Below the pieces are notes generated by a model. It did no database searches. It was not told the DNA's origin and saw nothing but the letters and a program-made list of their open reading frames with translations. A stretch of DNA of 63,966 nucleotides, the filler included, from Circinaria calcarea (taxonomy: Eukaryota), in NCBI GenBank assembly GCA_051942165.1. It is 3 parts of 3 records of this genome, joined end to end, with 100 filler letters (N's around TTAATTAATTAA, not from the genome) between each part and the next. Parts side by side here need not be neighbours in the genome. Positions count along the whole stretch, not along the records: positions 1 to 22,577 come from JAVECS010000128.1; 2 more parts are not named here. The stretch is one strand, 5' to 3'. Below, piece by piece: positions 1 through 13,014 of the stretch. Position 1 is the stretch's first letter. Every line of letters begins with the position of its first letter. A program made the translations under genes and the position numbers.

Positions 1-100
1 TCCTAGAGCCTCGGGGTATCTAAGGCAAAAGTGCCGCCCCTTCATGCGCCGTTTTCATGAGATCGTAAAGACATCAAGTCGTCAGCAAATAGACCGAGGT

Positions 101-815
101 CTACTCGTCTTCGTCTTCCCATTCGTCTCCGTTCTCGTCAACCTCCACATTCTTCAGGGCCTTCCCCTTCCCTTTGCCCTCCTTACCCTTCCCCTTCTCC
201 AAACCTGCCTTGCCCTCAGGCACGTCAAACTGCTTACGAGCTTCTTTGAGCTCTTTTTCCATATCCATCAGTTCCTGGACACGGCCGAGGAACACTGGGT
301 TTTTGCGAATGGCGAACATGAAGTCCTCGACCTTGACCTTCTGACGGCCGGCGTAGGAAGCAGCGCGGGCAGCCTCATGACAGATCTCAATGATGAAATC
401 GGTGACCATCTCATCCAAGACACGCACAGTCTCCGGCAAGGGGTTGATGTCGTCGCCAAACGCGTAGAGGAGTTGTTTGACTATCCATGGTTAGCAGATG
501 CAGGTTGAAAAATTGTGAACGTGACAGTGTCGTACGCTCGGTTTCAAAGTTGAGCTGGCCTTTCTGACGAGCGGCACGAGCGCGTGGTTCAGCCATGGCT
601 TCTGCGGCTTCTGCGAGTTCGGTTGCGTTTGTGGTGGTGAGTGATGCACTAATGGAAGCTGCGAGTTCTTCTTCTTCAGAGGAGTGGCCGAAGTGCGGTA
701 TTCCAGCGTAAAATCCAGCGCCTTTGGGACGAGGCTTGGTGGTTTTGGCAGACTGGGTAGACTTGGTGACGCGCTTTGCTTTGGTGGATTTGGTGACCTT
801 CTTGGGGCGCGTCAT
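101..815 (-). CDS. TAF13: TFIID subunit 13 (histone fold), 2 exons; conventional start probably MAEPRARAAR at 596, in-frame upstream ATG at 815
   Basis: GT-AG intron 535..481 (GTACGA...GCTAAC...TAG) joins GQLNFETE to LKQLLYAFGDDINPLPETVRVLDEMVTDFIIEICHEA...KVKVEDFMFAIRKNPVFLGRVQEL, the typical TAF13 sequence. Confidence 0.93.
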
Positions 816-2210
816 TTTGCCGATAATCTAGGATTCGGCTATCTTAGCGGCGGCTGCTAATGCCGACAGCCGGCGCCTTACCTGTTATGAGCTTGCTACT
901 GTTGGAATGTTATGTGGACACAACTCTGTGATGTTTTGCACGTTGTGTACTTTGGAGAGTCTGGAAAAAGGCAGGTTGAGAGGTGAAAGATGGTGAGTTC
1001 GTCTTAATTCTGAAACCAGGGCTGGGCACTATGGATGAAGCTAAACCGCATTCAGTCGGCACTATTCAACTTTCAGTCGCTTCTTCTCGTTATCCTCTTG
1101 CTCATTTGTACAAGCACATACCTACACAATGTCTTCCCGGGAATAATGGATCGCAACAAAGATGGGTATGTTTTGCTTAGTTAGAGAGTGGTGCTCATAT
1201 ATTACTGGTGCTAAATTGAATTCGAAGCCTCTTCGGTATCTTTTGGAAGTTTGCCAGGGTGGGAGAGCGGTTGAGCCCATATGTCAGTTTGTGCTGCATA
1301 CTCATGGCCGTACGTTAAAAGAGATCTTCTTTGCTGGAAATGCCTAACTCTTTTATCCTAGGCCTCTCTTTTCGTGGGATCTTAAATCGCTCTCTGGGCC
1401 ACGAGAACCTTAACTAAGAGGCGCATTGGGGAATAGTGGAGAATCAGACACCGCGCCACGCATGTAGCCGCTTAACTACAAAGTCAATGCTATAGGAGCA
1501 GTCAATGATACTCTGTCAGTTGCTCGTAACGTCGTTGCCGTGGACGAGATAACGATAGGAACAGCGCTCACTCCGCTATGCGCCTTTTGACCATTCCTTG
1601 GATTGAAAAGTAACGCCTCCTTGAGCATCGGAAGCTTGAGTGAGATGGTTGTGGTCTCTCTCTCAGTTTGATCCAGGCCTCTGACACCAATGTCCTTGGA
1701 CTAAAGTGGTAGGACGAAAGCAAGGACCTAGAGGCTGTGTACGAGCAGAGGTTGATTTTCTATATAACTGTCGATAGGAAACTAAAGTAAGATATATATC
1801 ATTTTGTTCTTCGATCAAATCAACAACCAGCTCAGGTGATTTATCTGCCAAGCTTTTTTATGTTACATCCTGATCCATAACCTCGCCACGCTAAGTCCAC
1901 AGTGAAATTCATCATGAGATTATGACTGTTGCAATTGCATCTCCGCATTCACAGATCTCTTTTTGGGTTAGAGCTAGTCTGGCGATTGCTATCTTTGGCA
2001 AAGCGAGCACGGCTAGGGTAAGGATTACTTACACAAAGCGGCACAGTTTACTAGTCCGACCGGAGGCGAAAACATACATATAGCACTTAATCTTATAGAA
2101 GTGCCCAGGACATGCTCTGGGTGCGTGTGCCCTGTAAGACCGGATAGTCCTATACCTACTCAACGATCACCGACATCTCGCTTACTCACTCCTTGTGCAC
2201 TAAGGTTTCG

Positions 2211-2870
2211 ATGTACCTTGGAGTCTATTCACAGCTCTCACCGGACGATATTCTCCCTCCGTCACGTCTCATGTCTTCCCTCCAGCGAGCAATGGCTCAA
2301 CCGCCGACAGATATGTCTTCCACCATGTCATTCCCATTCTTGAAGCTTCCGAGAGATGTCCGCTTCATGATTTACCAGGAACTTCTGGTAAATTGTCAAT
2401 GTAACGGCCAGGAAGAATACTGTCGCGTTTACGGCGAAATCGCGTTCACCTGCCGCGAGCTCTTTCAAGAAGTGCGCCACGTCTCCCATATCTACAGGCC
2501 ACTTCAGCACGTCCATATCAACGTTTACGACCAGAACATCTTGACTTACCTACCGCTACCGCGCCCTCTCCATTGTGTATGGGTAAATTACCGTTCTGGC
2601 AGTTTTCCAGGTCTTTTGTCCTCTTTCAAGAACGTCATTATCACGTTGGGGAACTGCTCCGATGTTCCTGTTCATGTCTGGGAGCGCTCCCATATTACGG
2701 TTGGGTTACGGTACTACGTGAATTACCTCCAGTCCGAGAAGGTTCTACTCGAGTCAGTCAACGTTCGGATCAGACAGCCCAACGTTACCCTCCTGAAATC
2801 TTGTGATAAGTTACTGCAGCCGGTCGTTGCCAAGGAGGTCTTGTTCAGTGGGAAGGAGATGAACCAGTAG
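2211..2870 (+). CDS. hypothetical protein with F-box-like N-terminal motif; start codon uncertain
   Basis: Single ORF with FPFLKLPRDVRFMIYQELL (LPxE/DxRxxIY motif common in Pezizomycotina F-box-like orphans). Confidence 0.55.
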   Translation: MYLGVYSQLSPDDILPPSRLMSSLQRAMAQPPTDMSSTMSFPFLKLPRDVRFMIYQELLVNCQCNGQEEYCRVYGEIAFTCRELFQEVRHVSHIYRPLQHVHINVYDQNILTYLPLPRPLHCVWVNYRSGSFPGLLSSFKNVIITLGNCSDVPVHVWERSHITVGLRYYVNYLQSEKVLLESVNVRIRQPNVTLLKSCDKLLQPVVAKEVLFSGKEMNQ

Positions 2871-3759
2871 GGAAATTCTCTGGGTAAGGAACATGGCACT
2901 CTGTACGTCGAACAAGCTGTGCTGATACATGCCCTATTAGTTCTCCACAAATCCTGTCTAGCTGGTGGATGTTTAACCGGTACCATTTTGTCGTGCGCGT
3001 AAGGGTATTTGTCTATGATATCCACTGAAGTCTCTGAAGCTGACAGCACCATAGGTTCCCATGTACGAGCCTTGCAACTTGCGAGCAGCGATAGTCACTA
3101 CGAGATTAGCTACCCACCTCCAAATAAAAAAATCTCTCTTCTATCATGCGGTTCTAATCTTACGATCTGAATGCGGGGAGTGATCAGATCTTTGCCTCTG
3201 ACATGGCACTACGAAAAAGCCAGATACTTGAGACGTGATTGTGATTCTGCAAAACTATAATGGCAACTTCCTGGCTCTGCTTCATCCCATATATTTGAAA
3301 GCAAACAATTCCAGTTCCTAAACCCGCCGACAAGCCTCTTCACCTTGTCCCGTACAGAAGCTACGAGGTGTGTCCTCGACGAGTCTGACTCATGATTTAA
3401 TTGGCTATTCATATTTCGGCTGCAGCGACTACTTCTCTCTTGTCGTTTGTATACAACGTCCTGTTTGTGCTGAGATAAGGTATGGTATCTAGCTTCGCGC
3501 ACTGATGGAACGCGTACGGCCTTTGGCACAGCTTTCAATCTTTCTAGCTCTACATCTTAAAGGCTTTTCCCTTCTTCACCCCTATCCATCTTGGCAGACA
3601 GAATCGTAATCATCATTCATTTTAGATTATGACTACGACTTTACTCAGCCACAAACAGTATATCTTCCCACTATAACCCGCTCATATACCCTTCCCATCG
3701 TACTACCTAAAAACCCAAGCCTCCCTCAGTCGCCCCTCTGACGGCTGCATACATCTCCA

Positions 3760-4527
3760 ATGCATCTCCTTGACCTCCCTCTCGAAATCCGCACCATGAT
3801 TTACCAACACCTCACCCCCCCTCACCCGTGCCAAGGAACCCACTCCGAATGCGCCCAAAGCCTCGCCGACCACCGCAGCCTCCTCCTCGCGAACCGCCAA
3901 ATCTCCCACGAAGCCGCCTACAGCTACTACGCCCAGCACCACACGCATCTCCAGCTCGACGGCCGCACCATCTGGTGCTGCAACCCGACCCGCCTCCTCG
4001 CCGGCTCGTTCCTCGATCCCCGCCTTCTTTCTGCTGCTTCTTCTCCTTCTTCTCCTCCTGCTGTCTACCCCACCTACCTCCGCCGCAGCCGCAACCTCGT
4101 GCTCGAGATCACCAGTACGCCCGCCACCATTCAAGGTCCGCACGCGCCCATCGCGCGGCAGATTGGCCGCCTGCTTGCTTCCCTGCCTGGATTGAGCAAG
4201 GTTTCGATTCGGCTAATCTGGCCGAGGGGCCGCTGGGTACCGGAGCTGGAAAGGTTCCCGCGCCAGATCTGGGATGCGGTGGAGGGGGTGCAAGGGCTGC
4301 GGGAGGTGGTGCTGGTGTTGGGGGATTGGTGTGGGGAGTTGGGGAGTTTGAAGGAGATTAGGAACGGAAGGAGATTGTGCGTGAGGGTTCTTTCCCGGAG
4401 AGAGTTTTTTCACGGGGTTGGAGCGGGGTGTGAGATGCGGAATGGAGGCTTCGGGGTGTGTCCGAGAGGGGTCTTGGAATCGGGAAGGACCAAAGTGAAA
4501 GGGTTGACTACTGTGAAAAGTGTATGA
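3760..4527 (+). CDS. hypothetical protein with F-box-like N-terminal motif
   Basis: 255-aa ORF beginning MHLLDLPLEIRTMIYQHL, followed by SLLLANRQISHEA, a typical companion motif; strong third-position codon bias. Confidence 0.7.
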   Translation: MHLLDLPLEIRTMIYQHLTPPHPCQGTHSECAQSLADHRSLLLANRQISHEAAYSYYAQHHTHLQLDGRTIWCCNPTRLLAGSFLDPRLLSAASSPSSPPAVYPTYLRRSRNLVLEITSTPATIQGPHAPIARQIGRLLASLPGLSKVSIRLIWPRGRWVPELERFPRQIWDAVEGVQGLREVVLVLGDWCGELGSLKEIRNGRRLCVRVLSRREFFHGVGAGCEMRNGGFGVCPRGVLESGRTKVKGLTTVKSV

Positions 4528-4734
4528 GGGAGAGAGTAACGCAATCTTCTAAAGTTTAAAAAACGGCGATGCATGATTTCGGCCTTCTTCCCTTTACCTG
4601 GTAATTGGTGTCCCTAAGCTCATGCCAGCAAGCGGAATGTACCGTATCAATAACAGATTGATTATATGAGTTCCTCAACAAGTTATCCGTATGTTTGCAG
4701 TAGGACATACCCGCGCTGGTACTTTATTATACCG

Positions 4735-7700
4735 CTATCCAGAGGCAGATGAAGCCCGAGTAGCCTGCAGATCTTTCGCCACCGAACCCGCCAGACCCAC
4801 CACGCTCGTTGTATCGGCTAAGATCAGTTGAAATGGTATATCGACTTTAAAGGTATGAAAGACGAATTGCCGGAATTCGGCCGCCAACATGCTATCTAAG
4901 CCAAACTCCGACAGATGTGTTTGCGGACTCAACTTGTCTGGTGATAGGAGAAGGAGGTTGCCAATTTTGTCTGTCAGGACCTGCTGCACAGCGTTGAGAA
5001 GAGCCTCGTCAAGCGTATCACCACCGGAGCTAGCAGCGAGGGCCGTGGCAACGGAAGAAGGCATATTGCTGCTGCTTGCGTGTGTGGGATCCTTGTCGCT
5101 ATTGCCATCAGTCGAGGCGAGTGCTCCAGCAATGATGGAGGCACGCGGATCGTCCAGAACATGGCTTCCACCTTCGAAGCCCTTTCTACGAAGGTCACGG
5201 ATACCCAAGACCTCAAGGCCAGTAAGAATGTGCGCCTTCGCGAAATGGTCGTCATCTTCTGTTGTGTTGCTATTGGCTGCGTCCGTCAAAGCAATATCGC
5301 AGATCTGTAGGAACTCGTCCTCAGTAATGGCATGGATACCTTTGCGCAGTAACAATGCCTCGATCTCAGGGTGTTCGTGGAGATACCCAACCTCAGAAAT
5401 CATCCCAAGACCAATGGAGATTGCTGGAAGGCCAAGGCTCCGTCGGTGCCTGGCGAAACAATCCAAGAAAGCGTTCGCGGCACAGTAATTACTTTCGGTT
5501 GCGGTTCCTACGCTCCCCGAAATCGAGCTTGTGATGAGGAAGAAGTCCAGCTGATGATCTCGACCTCTCAACGCGTTGTGGAGGTTCCACGATCCTTTGA
5601 CTTTTGGGTCGACACTGGTATGCCAACTTTTACTGGACATCTCCGTGAAAAGCGCTTCCTATTTGCTTATTAGCTATCGATGAAGCTTGGAACTTCTCCC
5701 AGTGATATATTTACGTCAAGCCCCATCGCAGCATGCACAATACCCCCAATTGGATGGGCTACCTGGGCCATTGCCCACTCAACATCAGATGATTCACTGA
5801 CGTTGCCACGGAGAACGACAACTTCTCCTCCAGCACTTTGAAGCTCTTCAACGAGGCGTTTCCCGGGTGTCTTTTCGGTTCCGGACCGGCCAAAGAAAAC
5901 GAATTTCCGTGCACCTTGCCCCATCATCCATCTCGCTAGACTCCTTCCCAGGCCACCGAGACAACCGACTAGGAAGTAAGTCTTGTCTGGGCTGAATGAG
6001 GTATTATATCTTTTCGGAACGACCTAAGCTGCTTAGCTGATTGTAACTGTCTAAGCATTGTGGTACCACCACTCACTTTGATATTGGACTTCGGATCTTC
6101 TAACGTTATAGCGACTTTGCCAATACGGTCTGGTAACGAGTAATAGCGGAACGCCTGAACGGTCTCTGATATATCGAAGGTTTTCGAGGGACTGACAGCT
6201 TTGATTTTACCATCTCGTAGCATCCGGATACTCCTTTCTAGGAGCCTTTTTCGGTGATCAGCTGTTGCTTTACAAACCATGTTGAATAGTCATACCCCTT
6301 CCATATTGCATGGTGAACACTGCTTTCAGAATGGTATAGACTTGTCAGGTCAAAAGCAGTGAAGGTAACGCTGCGTTTAAAAACCTCCATGTCTAGCCTC
6401 CCACCATCAAGTATATCTCTTTTCCCAATCTCTATAAACCGGCCAAACTAGAATATGTCAATCATGGCCGAAAGTGTATGATGAAGGGAGGATCTCACCT
6501 CCGCACAAGCTCGCCAACTATCGTGTAGAAGATCATTAGCTAGGCAGTTTAGTACTACATCAACGCCTCGCCCAGAAGTTGCCGCTAGTATAGCTGGGAG
6601 AAAGGAAGAATCGTGTGAATTGAAAATACGATCTCGCCTCAGGCCAAATGTATCCGCCAAGAACTGCTTCTTCTTCTCTGTGCCACAGGTAGCAAATATC
6701 TTTTTACGTCAGCTCTATATAGCCTTCTTTTGTATCAAAACTAACCTCGGCATTTGCAAGCTGGGCACATTGGATAGCTGCTATACCTACTCCGCCAGCT
6801 GCTGAATGGATCAAGATGGACTAAATATAAATAAGTCTGAGTTTCGAGTATCTTGGTCCCGGACCTATATTACTTACCTCGCCTTGTTGGATATTGGCGC
6901 GGTGGTGCAACGCATAAATTGCAGTGGAGAAAACCAAGGGAACGGTGGAGAGAACCTATGCACAATTGTTAGTTGAGAAGGTGACTTGGGATAAAAACGA
7001 CGAACCTGAAAGTCTTCATCGTTGTTGAGTTTGTAGCAAGCCCACTCCGGTACGTGGGCATAGGTGGTAAAATGATTGGGTGCCATAACAACAACCCGGT
7101 CCCCAGGGTTAAACTGCAAGACACCATAGCCGGTCCTTACTACTATCCCACTAAACTCCAGTGAACAAGTCGCGTCCACGGTATCAATTTTATTGGTCCA
7201 AGAATACAAGTCCTACCAACGACATTAGTAATTACGCTATATTGCTGGCGTACACATATCCTCACCTTTGCATTTAAACCAACGCTTTTCACAAGGACCT
7301 CAACAAAGCCCGGCTTCAAAGGGTTGTCAGCCCGTAGTCGCTGGACGTAGTGAAGTGTGTCGATCTGGCCGAGTTTTCCAATGGAAAGCTGGCAGTCGCC
7401 AACTTCTTGCAGTGGCATAATGGTGGTTTCTCTTTTCTGCTTTTCTCGGAAGTGTCTGTTGAGAGATTTCTCAGGAACAAACCTACTCGTATAAAGAACA
7501 CCCTGATGTTGCAGGTACTCGTACTCCGGACGTGTGGCATGCATAACCTGGCTCAATATATAAAGAGCGTTTTTCTTGGTTGCGTCTACGTTAGTCTCAA
7601 CATAACCGACATCAAACACCAAGAAGTTCAGCGCCGGCTGCTCCAACATCAGTGCTCTGGAGAGACCAAAAGCAAGTGAAAAATCTGGCTGATGTGCCTG

Positions 7701-10700
7701 GAAAAGTCCGCCACCTGTGATCCAGAGGAGTATTGATGCGTTGTTGGTCAATATCTGTAATAGATCAATTTCGCATTGATTAATATTACTCAGGATTGGT
7801 TTTTCGAGTTCGATAGTCGAGATCACTATAGACTTCGGAGGAATAGTAATTGTGGAAACCTCTTGTAGAGATATTCGTCTGACGTTATAGCTTGAGATTT
7901 TCGATAAGCTAACTTGTAGCAGTTCGTTGAAGATACCCTCTCCATCGCGATCGACCTAAATCAAATAGAATGTTAGCTATCGCTTGAATATATTGGATTT
8001 AATAATGCTGATCTTTTCTATGTATGCTGGGATGATTTACAAGTATGACGTTGTATTCTGTCGCAGCCATCTTTGGCTGCTCGTCAGCGAGAGGCTTAGC
8101 CATTGAAATTGTACATTTCAAGTCGGTTGGTATAGTGGAGAGTGTACCGAAGCGCGTATTATCCAAAGGCGCTATGTCTGTATAGGCTGTGGCATATAGG
8201 AGTATCGCTGATTGTGTCAGATGTTTAGACACCCGGTTAAAATCCCCACCCAAATAGTGTCGTACAGTAGATGGCTATATTATAATTAGTGGTAAATTTA
8301 CCAATATTCTTTATGGACATACTGTTGGTAATAAAACCATATCAAAAATATCCTTAATAGATAGGCTTGCTGCACGATCGTCGTTTTCATCTAATTGTGA
8401 GATGGAGTGAATCTTATGAGCAATAAACTTGCCTTCCTTTGAAATGGAAGCTTGTGTGTATGATTGGAAGCGTTTTAAAAGGGCCTCGGCGCCGAGAAGT
8501 TTGAGAAAACTTGCCGTGAGTTTTTTATTGTGATTCCCAAGTTCGAGGATACGTAGATTGGGATTCTCATGAGTAAGGAGATCCAAAGCAGCAGCGAATC
8601 GTCCGGTATCAGCGTCTTTAAATCTTTCTAACCTAGAAGAAGCAAATTTGTCCGTGTAATCTGTAAACGTGGCATTCTCACCAAACGATAGCCTCGAGAT
8701 GTCTGGTTTCCAAAGAACTCTAAGAATAGGATGGCGTTCGTCGGTATTACTGTCTTGATCAACAACCCTCTGGTAAGCAGTAAAACACACTTTGCTGATC
8801 AGAGCCACGATATTTCCCTCCGCATCCTGTAGCTCGGAATCAGCCTCAGTAGTTTTTAAACCGATAGTTTTCGATGCTGCACAGATTGTACAGATACCAG
8901 ATGAGTTCTTAGGGGTTTGGGTTGTAATTTGGACGTATTCTATTGACACAGGAACTTTGGCGCGTAGATCCTTCATCGAGCCACTATTACTAGCAATGAT
9001 GGCTGTCTGTAGCAATGCATCGAAAGTGATAGGGTGTAATATATACTTGGATCCTTGATCCAAGCTAATATTCCCATCAGGGAATAGATTTGTCTTCGAA
9101 ACAATCTGCTGCAAATTCCCCGTCTTAGCACCGTATATTTCTGTGAGTGATTGGAAAGCAGGTCCGAAGTTGAGCCCTTCTCCTACCCAACCGCTATACC
9201 AGCTCCGTATAGCTCGCTGTTCCAGTCTGTCTTTGGGGATGGAGATTTCGCGTTGGATTGAGAACAACGTATTCTCGAACCCAACAAGACCCTTCGCGTG
9301 TGTAGTCGACCTACCCTCAACATATGAACAAATATCGAACTGCCACCAAGTTCGAGATACCGAGATAGCGGAGATTTCTGCTGGCCTTATCTGCGTGAAA
9401 AGCTCAACGCCATCCTCTTCGTCAGGTACGACGAGAACTGCGATAAACTTGACTTGGCGAAAACTTAGAATTGGGAATCCAGGGGGGGTTCCATTGTGAA
9501 TTTGACTTAGTGCTTCGACAACCATTGCAAGATAACCTCCTCCAGGAAATACAGTTTGTTGGCCAAGTTTATGATCCTCAAGCCAGGGTAGATCTTTCTT
9601 CGCTATAACATTCCTCCAGCAGAACATTTCTTGGCTACCACCGGGAATCCGAGATCCAAGTAAATCGTGACGTGAATATCTGCGATTCCGAAATTCCGAG
9701 CTGAAACGAGATTCGTTCCAAAGAGGACGGTCATAATCCCATTTGTACTTCGGTAAATTATGCATGACTTTGCATTCAACCGTTAGATTTGGTGAGGTAA
9801 TGGGCGCTGAAGGTACATGATTGATTCTTTCAAAATCAATATCATACTCGTGTAGGTATAGTTTACCGACTAAATTAAGCATAGACTCAACTGAGTCCTT
9901 CCCTCGAGATAGCGTTGAGGAATATATCAATTGACTTTCGCTTAGTTGTACCTTCTTTCGTATTTGTTTGATCGGCAGCTCGAGTGTAGGGTGCGGGCCT
10001 ATCTCAATCAAGTGATAATTAGAATCCGCTATCATGTTTTCAAGACCGTCGCCGAAAAGTACGGGGGATTCCAAATTTGTGCGCCAATAAGCAGAGGTTC
10101 TCGTTAGATTCCTTTCAATAGACCCAGCTGTCACGGTAGATATCATTCGAACTTCTGAAGATTCAGCGTGGTTTATTTTATTCTCCAGCTTGATCGAGGA
10201 GATATGTTTCTCATAGTCTTGTCCGAGCAACCTCATATGATGGGAATGATAGGCTTTGCCGTCGGTTTTAAGCTTTCGCGTAAGTTTTTCCCGGCTTTGC
10301 AAGCTCGCAATGAGTTTGTCAACCGCAGAACAATCACCACTTAAAGTCGTGCTCTCTGGGGAATTGACGCAGGCCACCCCGATTTCATTGTCGAGTTGAA
10401 GATTGGAGATTTCCTTCAGGGCAGAATCTTGATCAAGATTCACTGCCACCATTGCGCCTTCCAAAGCACTTTGGGAGACAATAAGACCTCGGTAGTAAGC
10501 GATGCTAATTGCTTCAGACGCTGATAGATGGCCAGCTGTAAAGGCGGCACATATCTCGCCTTCAAAAAATATTCAATTTGTGCCTTTCTAGATGGATGTA
10601 AGAGTATATGATCAACTTACCAGATGAGTGGCCAATAACGGCTTTTGGAGTGATCCCCCATTCTTTAAGCAGCTCAACCAACGCTATCTGAGTAGCAGTA

Positions 10701-13014
10701 CAGACTGCCTGAGAGTGCGACGCATGGTAAACTTGGTTCATTTCGGCCTTTTTGCAAATTGTATCTAGGACGCGGCCCCCTATCAGCTGAGAGGAACAAT
10801 CATCTGAAACAAAGCTCACCTTCAAGAGTCCAATCCGGAGGATGAGGTAACCGCGCTAGACAAGAATCAAGATCCTGGATTGCACGACGATATGTGGGGA
10901 ATTCTTCCATTAGCTGACGACCCATCGCGGGCGCCTGGGCCCCTTGCCCCGTAAACACAAAGGCGAATGGAAGACACGTGGGCAGTATACCAGTCTTGAG
11001 TGTCTGAATTTTCGTAGGAACCAAATCATTATCCAGATTGGTAGAATGGGCTAGGAGGTAACCGCGTGTAGATAGCTTCGAACGACGGCTTCCTAAGGTA
11101 TAAGCGAGATCGACCAGGTTAGTTCGATCGATATTAATCGACGCAAGATCTGTTACTCTATGCATCAATGACGATTCGGTATTAGCCGAGAAAGGAAGCA
11201 AGAAAGTGCTTCTATCGCATGTCCTGTTCATAAGTGTAGTCTTATGATGTGTATAGACATGGGCACTGGCAGGTTCTATAATAGCATGAGCGTTAGCGCC
11301 CCCATAGCCGAAGGAATTAATGCTGGCCCTTTGAATTAACACCTGCGGCCATTGAGTAGTTTTTGTAACGATTTCCACGTTCCGCTCGTGCAGCTTAAGA
11401 TTAGGGTTGATATTTTTAATACCAATTGTGGGTGGAATGAGCCCCTTTTCAAGAGCAAGTGTAGCCTTAATGACGCTTGAAATGCCACTGACAGCTTCGC
11501 TATGGCCTAAGTTGGTCTTGACCGAGCCGACTAGAATAGAGTGACCAAGCTTGTGTTGAAAGACATTTGATAAGGCCTCAACTTCAAGAGGATCACCCAC
11601 CGATGTCCCCGTTCCGTGGGCCTAGAAGAGTTGAAGTTAGCAAACAATCAGGAAAATTCAGCTTAGCGTTAAATATACATTAAAAAACGTCAACGAAGTA
11701 TTTATGTTATATTAAATATAAATTTATTCACCTCAATATAATCGGTCTGATTGGCTAGTAAACCTGCCTTGGCGTATGCTTTGCGAATTACTGCTTCTTG
11801 TCCTTCCACGCTTGGGAGTGTAATACCATTGGTTTTTCCGTTACTAATAATGGCTTGTAATTAGTGCGATGATACTAATACCATAACTAGATAGGAAGGG
11901 TCGGTGAATATAAACTTTACTAACCTATTGAGAGCGGTACCGCGAATGACTGAGCGGATTGGATCTTTATCCCTAATCGCATCACTTAATCGCTTCACTA
12001 ATAGCGCACCAACACCCTCTGCACGCCCGTATCCATCTGCACAAGCATCGAAGGTATGGCAGGTCGAGGTATCGGAGAGAAAACCAGCCTTTACAGCGGC
12101 AAGATAGAGCTCAGGTGATTGTATTAGGTTTGCTCCAGCGACAACAGCAGCATCACATTCTCCAGCATCTAGTGCTGCACATGCTGTATGCAGACAGTAT
12201 AGCGAAGAAGAGCATGCAGTATCAATCACAAGACTCGGACCTGTCAAATTGAATACATGACTTATGCGATTGGCCAAAATAGAAAGTCCCATTCCAGTAG
12301 CACTATATCGATGGAAATACTCGGGGTCTTTCGACTGTAGAAGCTGATAATCTGTCGTGAAATTGGCGACGTAGCATCCGACATTAGCACCTGAAAGCTT
12401 ATGAAGAGGCACACCGGCACTTTCGAAGCATTCATATACGACTTCAAGCAGCTTGCGTTGCTGTGGGTCCATATACTTAGCTTCTAGATTGTTGATTCCA
12501 AAAAAGCTATTTTCAAATAGCTGTATATCTTCATCGATGAAATATCCCCCGGTCGCATTAACGCTTCCGGGGCGATTGCAATCAGGATGATAGAAGCCAT
12601 CAGCGTTAAAACGCGACGCTGGTATATTAGAATAACCGGAGCGACCATCAATGAGAAGATCCCAGAGCTCGGAAGCGGACGAAACACCGCCAGGCAATTT
12701 GCATCCTATGTCTAAGTCTTAGTGTGTCATAGTACTATACGGAGATAGATGGCGTACCTATTCCAATGATAGCAATAGGTTCAGGTCGGCAAATGTTATT
12801 ATCGCCGCTTTGGTCGGCAGTATCATGACTCTAAATAATTAATCCATATTAACATCGTGTTGGCAATCCACTTTTTAATACCCTGAATACAACAGTTGCA
12901 TTGAGAGCAAGATAGAATATTAAGAAAGTCAAACGAGTAACGTACCAGACTGCCAGGATCAATCTGCTTTGTACTGATAGGATTATCAGTGATGTTTTCC
13001 TCGCAAGATACCAT
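4735..13014 (-). CDS. highly reducing iterative type I polyketide synthase, KS-AT-DH-pseudoMT-ER-KR-ACP, more than a dozen introns
   Basis: Spliced translation: [71 protein letters not shown] and [30 protein letters not shown] and [16 protein letters not shown]. The ORF breaks I traced are bridged by GT-AG introns. Probable first exon 13014..12946. Confidence 0.95.

Noticed and set aside
983..2100. Short ORFs upstream of TAF13
   Set aside because: Interrupted and without motifs; insufficient support for a gene or pseudogene
4735..13014. PKS as fragmented pseudogene (many short ORFs)
   Set aside because: The breaks I traced correspond to GT-AG introns with branch points, and the catalytic motifs are intact
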